NCBI GenBank assembly: GCA_965662235.1
Contig: CBFIGY010000023.1
Location: 1 to 45,992 of the forward strand
Length of the DNA stretch: 45,992 nucleotides
Reading direction: 5' to 3'
Source: an uncultured bacterium
GTDB taxonomy: Bacteria > SAR324 > NAC60-12
Shown here: positions 27,516-36,638 of the stretch, piece after piece
Layout: each line of letters starts with the position of its first letter
Numbering within the stretch: position 1 is the stretch's first letter
Notes under the pieces: generated by a model
Told to the model about the DNA's origin: nothing
Seen by the model: the letters and a program-made list of their open reading frames with translations, nothing else
The model's database searches: none
Made by a program: the position numbers and the translations under genes

Positions 27516-28574
27516 ATGACCGCCTCAACCGCTTCACTGCCCTCGACCCTCAGCTGGGAAAACGGGACCCTGATTCTGCTGGACCAAACCCAACTCCCCG
27601 GAACCGTCCTCCAGGAGCCTCAGGAAACCGTGGAGCAGGTCTGGGACTCCATCAAGCGCCTGAAGGTCCGGGGCGCTCCTGCAATCGGCATCGCCGGCGC
27701 CTATGGTTTGCTCGTCGGCCTGAAGCCCTTCCAGGACCTTGAGGCCGCTGCGTTCCGGGAAAAGGCCGCAGAGGTGGCCCGCTACCTTGATTCATCCCGA
27801 CCCACCGCGGTCAATCTGAACTGGGCGCTCAACCGCATGGTGCAGGCGCTGCGGCAGTCTTCAGCAACAGACACCGCTGCGCTGTATGCGCTGCTGGAGC
27901 AAGAGGCAATTGCCATCCATGAAGAAGACCGTCAGCTCTGCAAGGGCATTGGCACGCACGGCCAGGCCCTCATCACCGAAGGATGCGGTGTCCTCACCCA
28001 CTGCAACGCCGGCGCGCTGGCAACTTCGGAATTGGGTACTGCAACGGCCCCCATGTACCTTGCTCATGCGGCCGGCACCCGCTTTCGGGTGTATGCCGAC
28101 GAGACACGGCCGCTCCTGCAGGGCGCTCGCCTGACCAGCTGGGAGCTGAAACAAAGCGGACTGGACGTCACCCTCATCACAGACAACATGGCCGCTGCGA
28201 CCATGGCCGCAGGACTCATCGACCTCGTCATTGTCGGCACCGACCGTGTTGCCGCCAATGGAGACGTTGCCAACAAGATCGGCACCCTCGGAGTCGCCAT
28301 CCTCGCCCGGCACTTCCAGATTCCCTTCTACGTTGCCTGCCCCTCCTCCACCATCGACCTCAACACCGCCAGTGGCGCCGACATCGTCATTGAAGAACGC
28401 GACCCTGAGGAGGTCCGAAACTTCGGCGAACGCCCCACCGCACCGCAGGATGTGCAGGTCCGGAACCCCGCCTTTGACGTGACCCCCCATGAGCTGGTCA
28501 CCGGCATCATCACCGAGAAGGGACTCATCGCTCCGCCCTACTCCACCCAGCTGCAGACCCACTTCGGCGCCTGA
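27516..28574 (+). CDS. mtnA: S-methyl-5-thioribose-1-phosphate isomerase
   Basis: LDQ..LP, VRGAPAIG, RPTAVNL, THCNAG.LA, DETRP.LQGARLT.WEL, ANKIGT and NPAFDVTP motifs. Confidence 0.96.
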   Translation: MTASTASLPSTLSWENGTLILLDQTQLPGTVLQEPQETVEQVWDSIKRLKVRGAPAIGIAGAYGLLVGLKPFQDLEAAAFREKAAEVARYLDSSRPTAVNLNWALNRMVQALRQSSATDTAALYALLEQEAIAIHEEDRQLCKGIGTHGQALITEGCGVLTHCNAGALATSELGTATAPMYLAHAAGTRFRVYADETRPLLQGARLTSWELKQSGLDVTLITDNMAAATMAAGLIDLVIVGTDRVAANGDVANKIGTLGVAILARHFQIPFYVACPSSTIDLNTASGADIVIEERDPEEVRNFGERPTAPQDVQVRNPAFDVTPHELVTGIITEKGLIAPPYSTQLQTHFGA

Positions 28575-28643
28575 ACCCGCGCCCGCGCTCACTTGAATCC
28601 GGACCCGTCGCTTTCCCCCTCGCGGGGCCCCTCCAAAATTTTC

Positions 28644-28672
28644 TTGACAAGCTGTTAGCACTCTTTTAAATT
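28644..28672 (+). promoter_or_regulatory. Sigma70-type promoter of hsp20
   Basis: TTGACA (28644-28649), 17-bp spacer, TAAATT (28667-28672). Confidence 0.8.
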
Positions 28673-28681
28673 GAGTGCTAA
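28655..28681. promoter_or_regulatory. CIRCE element (HrcA operator)
   Basis: TTAGCACTC-ttttaaatt-GAGTGCTAA, exact consensus with N9 spacer. Confidence 0.97.
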
Positions 28682-28738
28682 CAAAACGAGGCCCTGATCC
28701 TCACTCGCTTAATGTCACCCTCTTAGAATGGAGACCCC

Positions 28739-29164
28739 ATGAACCTGATTCAACGCAACCAGACCGTTCACCCCTTCTCCGCCCTGGTCGAGGAGTTCTT
28801 TGACGACTTCTTGGCCCAGCCCACACGGAGCAGCCGACGTGCCTTCAATCCCGCGCTGGAACTGCGCGAGGAGGAAGGGCGTTACGTGGCGACCTTTGAG
28901 ATTCCGGGAATGGAAAAGGAGGACGTCAACATCACCCTTGAGGACGGAGTGCTCACCGTGAAGGGGGAGAAGAAGCACGAGTTGGATGAGAAGCGAGAGG
29001 GCGTTCACTACGTGGAGCGTCAGTTTGGCAGCTTCAGTCGCTCGGTTCGCCTGCCCAAGGAAACTGACCTCGAAGGCATTGCCGCTGAAATGAAAAACGG
29101 CGTGCTGACGGTCCACATCCCCAAGGCGGCCAAAGCGGAGCGCAAGCTCATCTCCATCAACTAA
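28739..29164 (+). CDS. Small heat-shock protein, Hsp20/alpha-crystallin family
   Basis: PG..KEDV.I....GVLTVKGEK, ER.FG.F.RS..LP, NGVL.V..PK and C-terminal ISI motif; GGAG RBS. Confidence 0.96.
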   Translation: MNLIQRNQTVHPFSALVEEFFDDFLAQPTRSSRRAFNPALELREEEGRYVATFEIPGMEKEDVNITLEDGVLTVKGEKKHELDEKREGVHYVERQFGSFSRSVRLPKETDLEGIAAEMKNGVLTVHIPKAAKAERKLISIN

Positions 29165-29174
29165 CCGTCCTCTA

Positions 29175-29203
29175 GGCTCCGGCGGAAGCCCTTCCCCGGA
29201 GCC
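29175..29203 (+). terminator. Hairpin after hsp20
   Basis: GGCTCCGG...CCGGAGCC 8-bp outer stem with an inner GGAA/TTCC stem, 10 bp after the stop. Confidence 0.55.
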
Positions 29204-29301
29204 GCCCCTTCCGGCTTCACCTCACTTTTCCAAAATCTACTTGCCTCTGGTGCAGCACCTCCCGTACGATTCCCGTTTTTCTGTCGAATTGAAGGAGGAG
29301 G

Positions 29302-30678
29302 ATGCAGGTCAAAGGAATGCTCACCCGCTCCGAGTTGGAGCAAGAAGTGGCCGCCGGTCGCATCGACACCATTTTGGTCGTTTTCACGGGACTGTACGGG
29401 AATCTGATTGGGAAGCGCTTTGACGCTGATTTTTTCCTTGAAGAGGCGGCCGCCCATGGAACTCACGGCTGCGACTACCTCCTCACTGTGGACATGGAGA
29501 TGGAGCCCATCCCCGGTTACGCGTTTGCCAACTGGGACCGCGGCTACGGGGACTTTCACCTGGTTCCGGACCTGAGCACCCTCCGTCGCTTGAGCTGGCA
29601 GGACCGCACCGCGATGGTGCTCTGTGACGTCTACCAAGAAGCCACCCACGCCCTTGTTGCCGAAGCGCCCCGTTCCATGCTCCGGAAGCAGGTGGAAGCC
29701 GCTGCCGAGCTCGGTTTTGACGCCTTCGGGGCCTCTGAGCTCGAGTACTACCTTTATGAGAATTCCTACCGCGGCGCGTTCGAAAGTCAGTACCGGGACC
29801 TCAAGCCTTCGGGATGGTACCTGGAGGACTACCACGCCTTCCAGGGCACACGCAACGAGTCCTTCCATGGCGCCGCTCGCCGGCACCTGCGTGACTCCGG
29901 AGTGCCTGTGGAAACGTCCAAAGGAGAGTGGGGACTGGGGCAGCATGAGTTGAACATCCGGTACGCGGATGTACTCACCATGGCAGACCGGCACATGGTC
30001 TACAAGCAGTGCCTGCGGGAGGTCGCGGATCAGCAGGGACGGAGCGTCACGTTCATGGCCAAGCCCCACACGGACCAAGCTGGCTCCAGCTGCCACATCC
30101 ACCTCAGTCTCTGGAAAGACGGACAGTCGGCGTTTCCGGGCGAGCGACAGGAAGGCTCCATCCGTTGCTCAGATACCTTCCGCTGGTTCCTGGGCGGATG
30201 GATCAAGTACCTCCCAGAGCTGATGGTCCTTTACGCCCCCACCATCAACGCGTACAAGCGCTACGTCTACCAGTCGTGGGCCCCCACCAAGCTGGCGTGG
30301 TGTCACGACAACCGCACCGCTGGCTTCCGCGTCGTGGGGTCTGGCAACTCCCTGCGCATCGAGTGCCGCCTTGCTGGAGCTGATTGCAATCCCTACCTGG
30401 CCTACACGGCCTCGCTGGCGGCTGGACTCGAGGGCATCCGGAACCAGGTCGAGCCCCCGCCCCTTTTCAGCGGAGACGTCTACAGTGCCCAGGACCTTCC
30501 CGGGGTTCCCGCCAGCCTGCATCACGCCACGGCCCTGTTTGAGCAAAGCGCGTTTGCCAAGCGGACCCTCGGGGAAGCCGTTCATCAGCACTACCTGCAC
30601 TTCTTCAAAACGGAGATTGCCGCCTTTGATGCCGCAGTCACCGATTGGGAACTGAAGCGTTACTTTGAACGCATTTAA
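29302..30678 (+). CDS. Glutamine synthetase-like gamma-glutamyl ligase (GlnA4-like)
   Basis: GS motifs ELE, GE.G.GQHE, TFMAKP, GSSCHIH.S, DNRT and R.E.R..GAD.NPYL. N-terminus (IDT..V.F....G.L.GKR, C.YLL.VD, PGY....W..GYGD....PDLSTLR) resembles actinobacterial GlnA4. Confidence 0.88.
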   Translation: MQVKGMLTRSELEQEVAAGRIDTILVVFTGLYGNLIGKRFDADFFLEEAAAHGTHGCDYLLTVDMEMEPIPGYAFANWDRGYGDFHLVPDLSTLRRLSWQDRTAMVLCDVYQEATHALVAEAPRSMLRKQVEAAAELGFDAFGASELEYYLYENSYRGAFESQYRDLKPSGWYLEDYHAFQGTRNESFHGAARRHLRDSGVPVETSKGEWGLGQHELNIRYADVLTMADRHMVYKQCLREVADQQGRSVTFMAKPHTDQAGSSCHIHLSLWKDGQSAFPGERQEGSIRCSDTFRWFLGGWIKYLPELMVLYAPTINAYKRYVYQSWAPTKLAWCHDNRTAGFRVVGSGNSLRIECRLAGADCNPYLAYTASLAAGLEGIRNQVEPPPLFSGDVYSAQDLPGVPASLHHATALFEQSAFAKRTLGEAVHQHYLHFFKTEIAAFDAAVTDWELKRYFERI

Positions 30679-30702
30679 CTCAACCTTCTTTTCAAGGAGC
30701 AC

Positions 30703-31476
30703 ATGAGACTCAAAGGGAAAGTCGCGGTCATCACCGGTGGGGCCAGCGGCATTGGGCGAGAATCCGCTTTGCTGTTTGCCCAGGAAGGCGCGTCCGTTGT
30801 GGTCACCGACGTCAATGACGCGGAAGGCGAGCAGACCGTCGCCCTGATCCAGGAGGCCGGAGGACAGGCCGTCTATCAGCATGCCGACATTGCCAAGGCG
30901 GCAGACTGTGAAGCGATGGTGGCCCGTGCGGAGAAGGAGTTTGGGGCACTGCACATCCTCTTCAACAACGCGGGCATCATGCACAGCAGTGACGACAATG
31001 CCATGACCACCGAGGAAGACGTCTGGGACCTGACCATGGCGATCAACCTCAAGGGGGTCTACCTGGGCTGCAAGTATGGCATTCCCGCCATGCAACGCGC
31101 CGGCGGCGGTTCCGTCATCAATACCGCGTCTTTTGTGGGCATCATGGGAGCCGCCACCCCACAGGTGGCCTACACGGCCAGCAAGGGCGGTGTGATTGCC
31201 CTCAGTCGCGAACTGGCCGTCATTCACGCTCGCGAAAACATCCGTGTCAACGCCCTCTGCCCAGGCCCCCTGCGGACGGAGCTGCTGATGAAGTTTCTGG
31301 ACACTGAGGCCAAGAAGCAGCGTCGCCTAGTCCACATCCCCATGGGACGCTTTGGAGAAGCCAAGGAGATGGCGCAGGCAGCGCTCTTCCTTGCCTCTGA
31401 CGAGGCGTCGTACATGACGGGCCAGGAGATGGTCGTGGATGGAGGCATCACCTCTGCGTACGTGACTCCGGAATGA
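30703..31476 (+). CDS. Short-chain dehydrogenase/reductase
   Basis: TGGASGIG, NNAG, YTASKGG and C-terminus RRLVHIP.GRF...DGGITSAYVTP; AAGGAG RBS. Confidence 0.93.
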   Translation: MRLKGKVAVITGGASGIGRESALLFAQEGASVVVTDVNDAEGEQTVALIQEAGGQAVYQHADIAKAADCEAMVARAEKEFGALHILFNNAGIMHSSDDNAMTTEEDVWDLTMAINLKGVYLGCKYGIPAMQRAGGGSVINTASFVGIMGAATPQVAYTASKGGVIALSRELAVIHARENIRVNALCPGPLRTELLMKFLDTEAKKQRRLVHIPMGRFGEAKEMAQAALFLASDEASYMTGQEMVVDGGITSAYVTPE

Positions 31477-31859
31477 GCGACCGGCCCCGCGTTCTCATTG
31501 CCGATGCCCAGGAGAACTCCGGGGCCCTCGTTTCCCTGCTCTTGGGACGCGAGGGCTTCCGTGTGGACTGGCAGCACGACTGGGAAGAGGCGGTTTTGGC
31601 TGCCGGAAGCCTCGCTCCTCAGCTGCTCATCCTCGATCCCACCCTGATGCAGTCCACCCCGCTGCTGGCCCTGGAGCAGGCCCGCCTGATTCCGAGCTTT
31701 CAGGACCTTCCCATCCTGCTCCTGCTCACCAAGCGGGATGCTGCCACCTTTCCCCTCGAGCAGGTCACGGCGACTCAGGACTTCCTCATCCGGCCTCTGC
31801 AGGCCCGTCAGGTGATGAAGAAGCTCAAGCGGCACTTTTCCGAGTCGTTGCCTGGGTAA
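31473..31859 (+). CDS. Single-domain response-regulator receiver (atypical)
   Basis: REC-fold pattern RVLIAD..., P.LLILD, PILLL.T, DFLIRP; ATGA overlap with the SDR stop. Confidence 0.75.
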   Translation: MSDRPRVLIADAQENSGALVSLLLGREGFRVDWQHDWEEAVLAAGSLAPQLLILDPTLMQSTPLLALEQARLIPSFQDLPILLLLTKRDAATFPLEQVTATQDFLIRPLQARQVMKKLKRHFSESLPG

Positions 31860-32010
31860 GCCCTCTCCAGACCTCGGAGGGCTGGGCCCCATTCCTGAGA
31901 ATCGACGTTTTTCGATTGCCTTCTTGCGCTGATCCACGTAGGTACATGGGGTGTTTTTGAGAGGGACCTGTTCCTAGAACCTACCATTTTTGTGATTCCT
32001 AAGGAGATGA

Positions 32011-33687
32011 ATGAGACGACCCGCCAAGCTACTTATCCTGCTGCTGGCTGTGCTGGGGCTTGCGGCCATTGCGTATGCCGCCACCGATAGCCATGGAGCC
32101 GGCGACGCCGCTCCGTTCCCCGTTCCGCTTGTGTGCTACACCCAGCACGACATGGAACTCTTCTCCCAGGCACACTGCGAGCAGGTGCCTCATGTGGCGG
32201 ACTTCAAGGATCCGGAAGGAGGCATTGGCGCCATCCTGAGCCACCGGATCTCCGCCAACCCGTTCAACCTGATCGCCTCCCTGATCTTCCTGCTAGCGAT
32301 CCTCCACACCTTTGTGGCCAGCAAGTTCATGGCCGCCGCCCACAGCCTGCACCATGAGCACGAGCATGCGATGAAGGCACAGGGAGCGTCTGAGGAAGAG
32401 ATTGAGCGGACCACCCCGATGCGGGTACACCTCTACCACTTCCTCGGGGAAGTCGAGGCCATCTTTGGACTCTGGGTGATCGTCCTCATGTTCGTCACCA
32501 TCGGCATGTTCGACTGGGGCACCTTCAAGAACTACATTGCGCACCATGTCAACTTCACCGAGCCCATGTTCGTGGTTGTGATCATGGCCCTGGCATCGAC
32601 CAAGCCGATCATCCGCCTGGCCGAGCAGGTCCTAGGTTTGTTTGCCGGACTGGGAGGGCACTCCCCCGGAGCCTGGTGGTTCTCCATTCTGATGATTGCG
32701 CCCCTGCTGGGTTCCTTCATCACCGAGCCCGCGGCCATGACGATTGCCGCCCTCCTGCTTGCCAATCAGATCTACAAGCACCAGCCTTCTGCCAAACTGG
32801 CCTATGGAACCATCGGGTTGCTGTTTGTGAACGTCTCCGTTGGTGGAACCCTGACTCACTTTGCGGCGCCTCCGGTGCTGATGGTGGCAGCGCCATGGGA
32901 CTTCTCCATGGGCTTCATGTTCACGCACTTCGGCTGGAAGGCAGCGGTTGGCATCCTCATCGCCAACATCCTCTACTTTGTCGTCTTCCGCGGCGAATTG
33001 GCGGCAATGGCGGCCAAAGCCGGCTCCAAGGACGATGCTGACGAAGAGTCGATCCCGGTCTGGATCACCATCGTCCACCTGCTGTTCATGGCCTGGACCG
33101 TCTTCAACGCACACTACCCGCCGCTGTTCATCGGGGCCTTCCTGATGTTCCTTGGCTTCAGCATCATCACCCAGCGCTACCAGAGCAAGGTGGACCTGAA
33201 GTCACCGATGCTAGTGGGCTTCTTCCTTGCTGGCCTGGTGACACACGGAGGCCTGCAGGCCTGGTGGATTGCACCGGTGCTGGGTTCGTTGGATCCGCTC
33301 TCCTTGATGCTCACCGCCACCGTTCTGACGGCCTTCAACGACAACGCCGCCATCACCTACCTCTCCACGCTGGTCCCCGGCTTCTCCATCGCTGCCAAGT
33401 ACATGGTGGTGGCAGGTGCTGTGACCGGAGGCGGTTTGACCGTGATCGCCAACGCGCCCAACCCGGCAGGTCAGTCCATTCTGGGCAAGTTCTTCCAAGG
33501 CGGGGTGAACCCGGGCAAGCTCGCTCTGGCTGCCCTCGTTCCGACCATCATCGTCGGAATCTGCTTCATTGTGCTGGAGGACATCAACACCATTCCGGAT
33601 CCTCAGCAAACCGGACAGGCCGAAGTAGCGCCCGTCTCCGACACTCAGTTGGCCCTAGGAACCATTCCGGTCCTTCCGGCCAACTAA
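32011..33687 (+). CDS. Putative Na+/H+ antiporter (DUF1504-type, IT superfamily)
   Basis: Multi-TM protein with HFLGEVE.IFG.W, GSFITEPAAMT, NVSVGG.LT.FAAPP, DNAAITYL and GGGLTVIANAPNPAG motifs; AAGGAG RBS. Confidence 0.85.
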   Translation: MRRPAKLLILLLAVLGLAAIAYAATDSHGAGDAAPFPVPLVCYTQHDMELFSQAHCEQVPHVADFKDPEGGIGAILSHRISANPFNLIASLIFLLAILHTFVASKFMAAAHSLHHEHEHAMKAQGASEEEIERTTPMRVHLYHFLGEVEAIFGLWVIVLMFVTIGMFDWGTFKNYIAHHVNFTEPMFVVVIMALASTKPIIRLAEQVLGLFAGLGGHSPGAWWFSILMIAPLLGSFITEPAAMTIAALLLANQIYKHQPSAKLAYGTIGLLFVNVSVGGTLTHFAAPPVLMVAAPWDFSMGFMFTHFGWKAAVGILIANILYFVVFRGELAAMAAKAGSKDDADEESIPVWITIVHLLFMAWTVFNAHYPPLFIGAFLMFLGFSIITQRYQSKVDLKSPMLVGFFLAGLVTHGGLQAWWIAPVLGSLDPLSLMLTATVLTAFNDNAAITYLSTLVPGFSIAAKYMVVAGAVTGGGLTVIANAPNPAGQSILGKFFQGGVNPGKLALAALVPTIIVGICFIVLEDINTIPDPQQTGQAEVAPVSDTQLALGTIPVLPAN

Positions 33688-35984
33688 GCCTCCTTCTCCT
33701 CCGGAAGCCTCTGAGCCTCCGGGGGAGCTTCTTGCTGAGCCCCCCATCCTGCAACGCTGCTGCTTCTCAAGTGAAGGTCCCGTTGCGGGAAGGGGATCTC
33801 AATCTCCGCCTCCCGGAACTTTGCATCAATCGCAAAGTGCAGGTCACTCCCAATGTAGATCTTGTTGAGCACGTTCTCCGTGTGGCACCGCAGGGTGAAG
33901 TCCAAAGAACTCTCACCAAAGGACGTGAAGACCACGGTCGGAGGCAACTCCGAGTTTCCTGAAAGCACTTCCGGATGCTCCTCGGCAGCCTCCATCAGCA
34001 AACGTTCCACCAGCCGCACATCACTGCCATACGCCACCCCTACCGTCACTAGGATGCGACCCTGATGGTTCTCCAGCGTCCAGTTGGTCACCTGAGCAGA
34101 AATCAGCTCGGAGTTCGGCACAATGACCTCCGCCTGGTCAAAGGTTTCAATGACGGTTGAGCGGATGCGGATCTGCTTCACGGTTCCCTCTGCCGCTCCG
34201 ACAATGACCCAGTCCCCGGTCCGGATGGGACGCTCAAACAGCAAAATCAGTCCGGAGATGAAGTTGCTGATGATGTTCTGAAGCCCGAAGCCGATTCCCA
34301 CCGAAAGGGCTCCAGCAATGAGGGCGATGTTTTCCAGCCGGATGCCCAGCAGTCCCAACCCCACCAGGAAGGCCAGGATCGTGGCCACGTAGCCGATGAG
34401 GGTCACCATGGTTTCGCGTTCTGCCTCGTCGAGTCCCGTGTGCTGAAGCCAACGCTCCCGAAGCTGTCGACGCAGCCAGCGGGAGCTGGAGACAATGAGC
34501 ACGACAAAGAATCCGGCAAGGAAGACGTTGGTGGGGATGATCCGGATCTCTCCCAAGGCGAATCCTTGCACCCAGAACTCCTGTCCCCACGCGGACCCGG
34601 TTTCTGAGAGCTGCCACGAGGCCAGCAGAAGCAGAAGCGCCAGCACCATGTTCCCCAATGCCACCAGCGTCCGGAGCCAAGTCGTTCCCGGAAACGGCGC
34701 CTGCTTCGGCACCGCCAGCTGCTTCCGCCAGTGCTGTGCCCAAGAGGCGGTTCCGGCATTGAGCTGGTCACAGACCTCGGCGTTAAGGCGGCGGATCACT
34801 TCAAAGAGGAAGAAGGTCCCCAGCGTTCCAGCAAGTCCATAGAGGAGGTAGGCCGCCAGCACTCGGTACCCCGTAACCTCTGCCAGCATCACCAGCCCCA
34901 CGAGCACGCCCACCGTCCACCGCGCCGCCCGGTGCTCCCAGGGTCCCGGCAGAACGGAAACCTGACGCAGCAGCGGAAGCAGCGCCAGGGCCGTCAGCAG
35001 CATCACGCCAGACAGCAGCAGCCCGTCCCACGGCATTGGAATGGGCAACCCTCCGGACGCCAGCACCTCCCGAATCCACAGCAGCCCCGCAAAGCGCATG
35101 CTCCCAGACCGTAAGCTCCGGGCCCGGCTCCGGTCAAGTCCCAACAGCGACACCCCCTGCGCATCCGGAAGCAGCCCCGATAGCCCCATGCGGAGCACCA
35201 GCAGCAGCAAGGCACCTTGCAGCACCGTGGACGCTTCTCCCGGCAGCAGGAGGCTCAAGGAACCCCACATGCTCAGCAAGGCCGCCATCCAGGGCAGGTG
35301 GGTCGCAACAGCGCGGGACAGCTGATGCCCCGCTTGGTCAAACAGGGGCATCCGCCGAACCTGGGTCGCCACTCCCCATGCAAAGAGCGCCGGCAGCACT
35401 AGGATCAGCACCCGATCCCACGGAACCGACGTCGGCAGCGGCAACGGTCCTTCCAGCAGACGCCTCCACGCCTGCTCCTGACGCAGCTGCGCCAACAGTT
35501 CCCAGCGGGGCGGTTCCTTTTGTGTGAGGCGTTGCTGCAGCTGTTCCCGGAGCTTGTTCTGCAGGTGATCCGCCAGTTCGGCGGCGCGACTCTGCAGGAG
35601 CCGACACTCCAGCAGCGTTTCCCCCAGTTCCACCTGACGCTGCTGCAGGCGCGCAAGTTCCGCCTTCAAGCGCGCATTGCCCACCGTCAGTCCCTCCGAC
35701 TGCTTGAGCGTTCCCTCCACGCGCTTCAGGTCTGGAGTCGTTTGCGCCAGACACTGCTCCGTTTCCTGCTGAATGACGGCAAGGCGGCTCAGGGCGCGGG
35801 ACAGCTCGGTCCGGGGCGTCTGAGCGGTCCAGCGCTGCTGTTCAAGAGCCCGGAGGGTTTGTCGAATTTCCGAGACGGGCAACGGTCGCTCCAGTTGCGC
35901 CTGAAGGAGCCCTGCCATCCCCATGAGTCCCCAGACCAGCAGCCCCCACCGGAGCCACCAAAGGGGTGAAACCATTGACCACAC
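33684..35984 (-). CDS. Large mechanosensitive channel, MscS/MscK family
   Basis: C-terminal GALSVGIGFGLQNI..NF.SG.ILLFERPI..GD, I.IRST, IVPNS, GVAYGSD and IEIPFPQRD motifs; N-terminal coiled coil plus TMs. Confidence 0.92.
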   Translation of the reverse strand: MWSMVSPLWWLRWGLLVWGLMGMAGLLQAQLERPLPVSEIRQTLRALEQQRWTAQTPRTELSRALSRLAVIQQETEQCLAQTTPDLKRVEGTLKQSEGLTVGNARLKAELARLQQRQVELGETLLECRLLQSRAAELADHLQNKLREQLQQRLTQKEPPRWELLAQLRQEQAWRRLLEGPLPLPTSVPWDRVLILVLPALFAWGVATQVRRMPLFDQAGHQLSRAVATHLPWMAALLSMWGSLSLLLPGEASTVLQGALLLLVLRMGLSGLLPDAQGVSLLGLDRSRARSLRSGSMRFAGLLWIREVLASGGLPIPMPWDGLLLSGVMLLTALALLPLLRQVSVLPGPWEHRAARWTVGVLVGLVMLAEVTGYRVLAAYLLYGLAGTLGTFFLFEVIRRLNAEVCDQLNAGTASWAQHWRKQLAVPKQAPFPGTTWLRTLVALGNMVLALLLLLASWQLSETGSAWGQEFWVQGFALGEIRIIPTNVFLAGFFVVLIVSSSRWLRRQLRERWLQHTGLDEAERETMVTLIGYVATILAFLVGLGLLGIRLENIALIAGALSVGIGFGLQNIISNFISGLILLFERPIRTGDWVIVGAAEGTVKQIRIRSTVIETFDQAEVIVPNSELISAQVTNWTLENHQGRILVTVGVAYGSDVRLVERLLMEAAEEHPEVLSGNSELPPTVVFTSFGESSLDFTLRCHTENVLNKIYIGSDLHFAIDAKFREAEIEIPFPQRDLHLRSSSVAGWGAQQEAPPEAQRLPEEKEA

Positions 35985-36109
35985 TTGAGTTTCCTGAAAA
36001 GTCAGATTGACGGGTTCAACCGCACGAACTCATTACGCCCGTTTCTGCGCCACAGGTGCAAGCTCTGGACATTTGGACGTCATTTTGAGACGCTGGTTCT
36101 TCTTCCTTC

Positions 36110-36208
36110 GGAGGTGGATGCGTCACTGGTGGGCGCCCCGGTCTTCAAAACCGCGCGAAAGGCACTAATCCTGTCTTTGGTGGGTTCGATTCCCACACAC
36201 TTCCGCCA
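36110..36208 (+). tRNA. selC: tRNA-Sec (anticodon UCA)
   Basis: Acceptor GGAGGTGG/ACACTTCC followed by GCCA; long D-stem with TGGT loop; anticodon loop CTTCAAA; long variable arm AAAGGCA/TGTCTTT; T-arm GTGGG-TTCGATT-CCCAC. Confidence 0.93.
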
Positions 36209-36319
36209 CTCCGACTCACCTGCCTAGCGAACCCAACGGAGGGTATTCCCTCCGGATTCAGCGCCCAGCCGTCTCAGATGGTTGCCTGCATCGTTTTGGA
36301 CAACCGCCTCTTTCTCTTC

Positions 36320-36544
36320 TCAGAGCCAGCGGACGACTCCGATGATGCCCGCAGTTGCGTAAAAAAACTGGAGGAGGAGGATGCCGTAGTGCCGGCACCA
36401 GTAAGCCCAAAGGCCAATGGAAATGGAGGAGAGGAACAGGAGCGAGAACCCCAGCACTTCGTTTCCCGTGTTGGAAGCCACCAGCATGGAGTAGACGATA
36501 GCGGTAAGGACGCCAAACCATTCCAGAACCTTGGGATTGCGCAT
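36320..36544 (-). CDS. Small 3-TM membrane protein (74 aa)
   Basis: MRNPKVLEWFGV...GVVRWL; three hydrophobic segments and a plausible small-membrane-protein pattern. Confidence 0.7.
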   Translation of the reverse strand: MRNPKVLEWFGVLTAIVYSMLVASNTGNEVLGFSLLFLSSISIGLWAYWCRHYGILLLQFFYATAGIIGVVRWL

Positions 36545-36638
36545 GGGGTGGAGCCTGTTTTTCAGATCCGTTCAGGGGGAGAGACCGCGCCTAGGGAGAA
36601 GCCTCGGCACGGGAGGTAAGTGGCCGGCTTGAGGGAGA

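Noticed and set aside
35985..36227. 80-aa ORF
   Set aside because: Spans the tRNA-Sec gene; spurious.
36225..36322. Selenocysteine read-through of the TGA ending the 74-aa membrane protein, and of other TGA stops in the window
   Set aside because: No redox motif context and no recognisable downstream domain; most other TGA stops are followed closely by, or overlap, the next gene.
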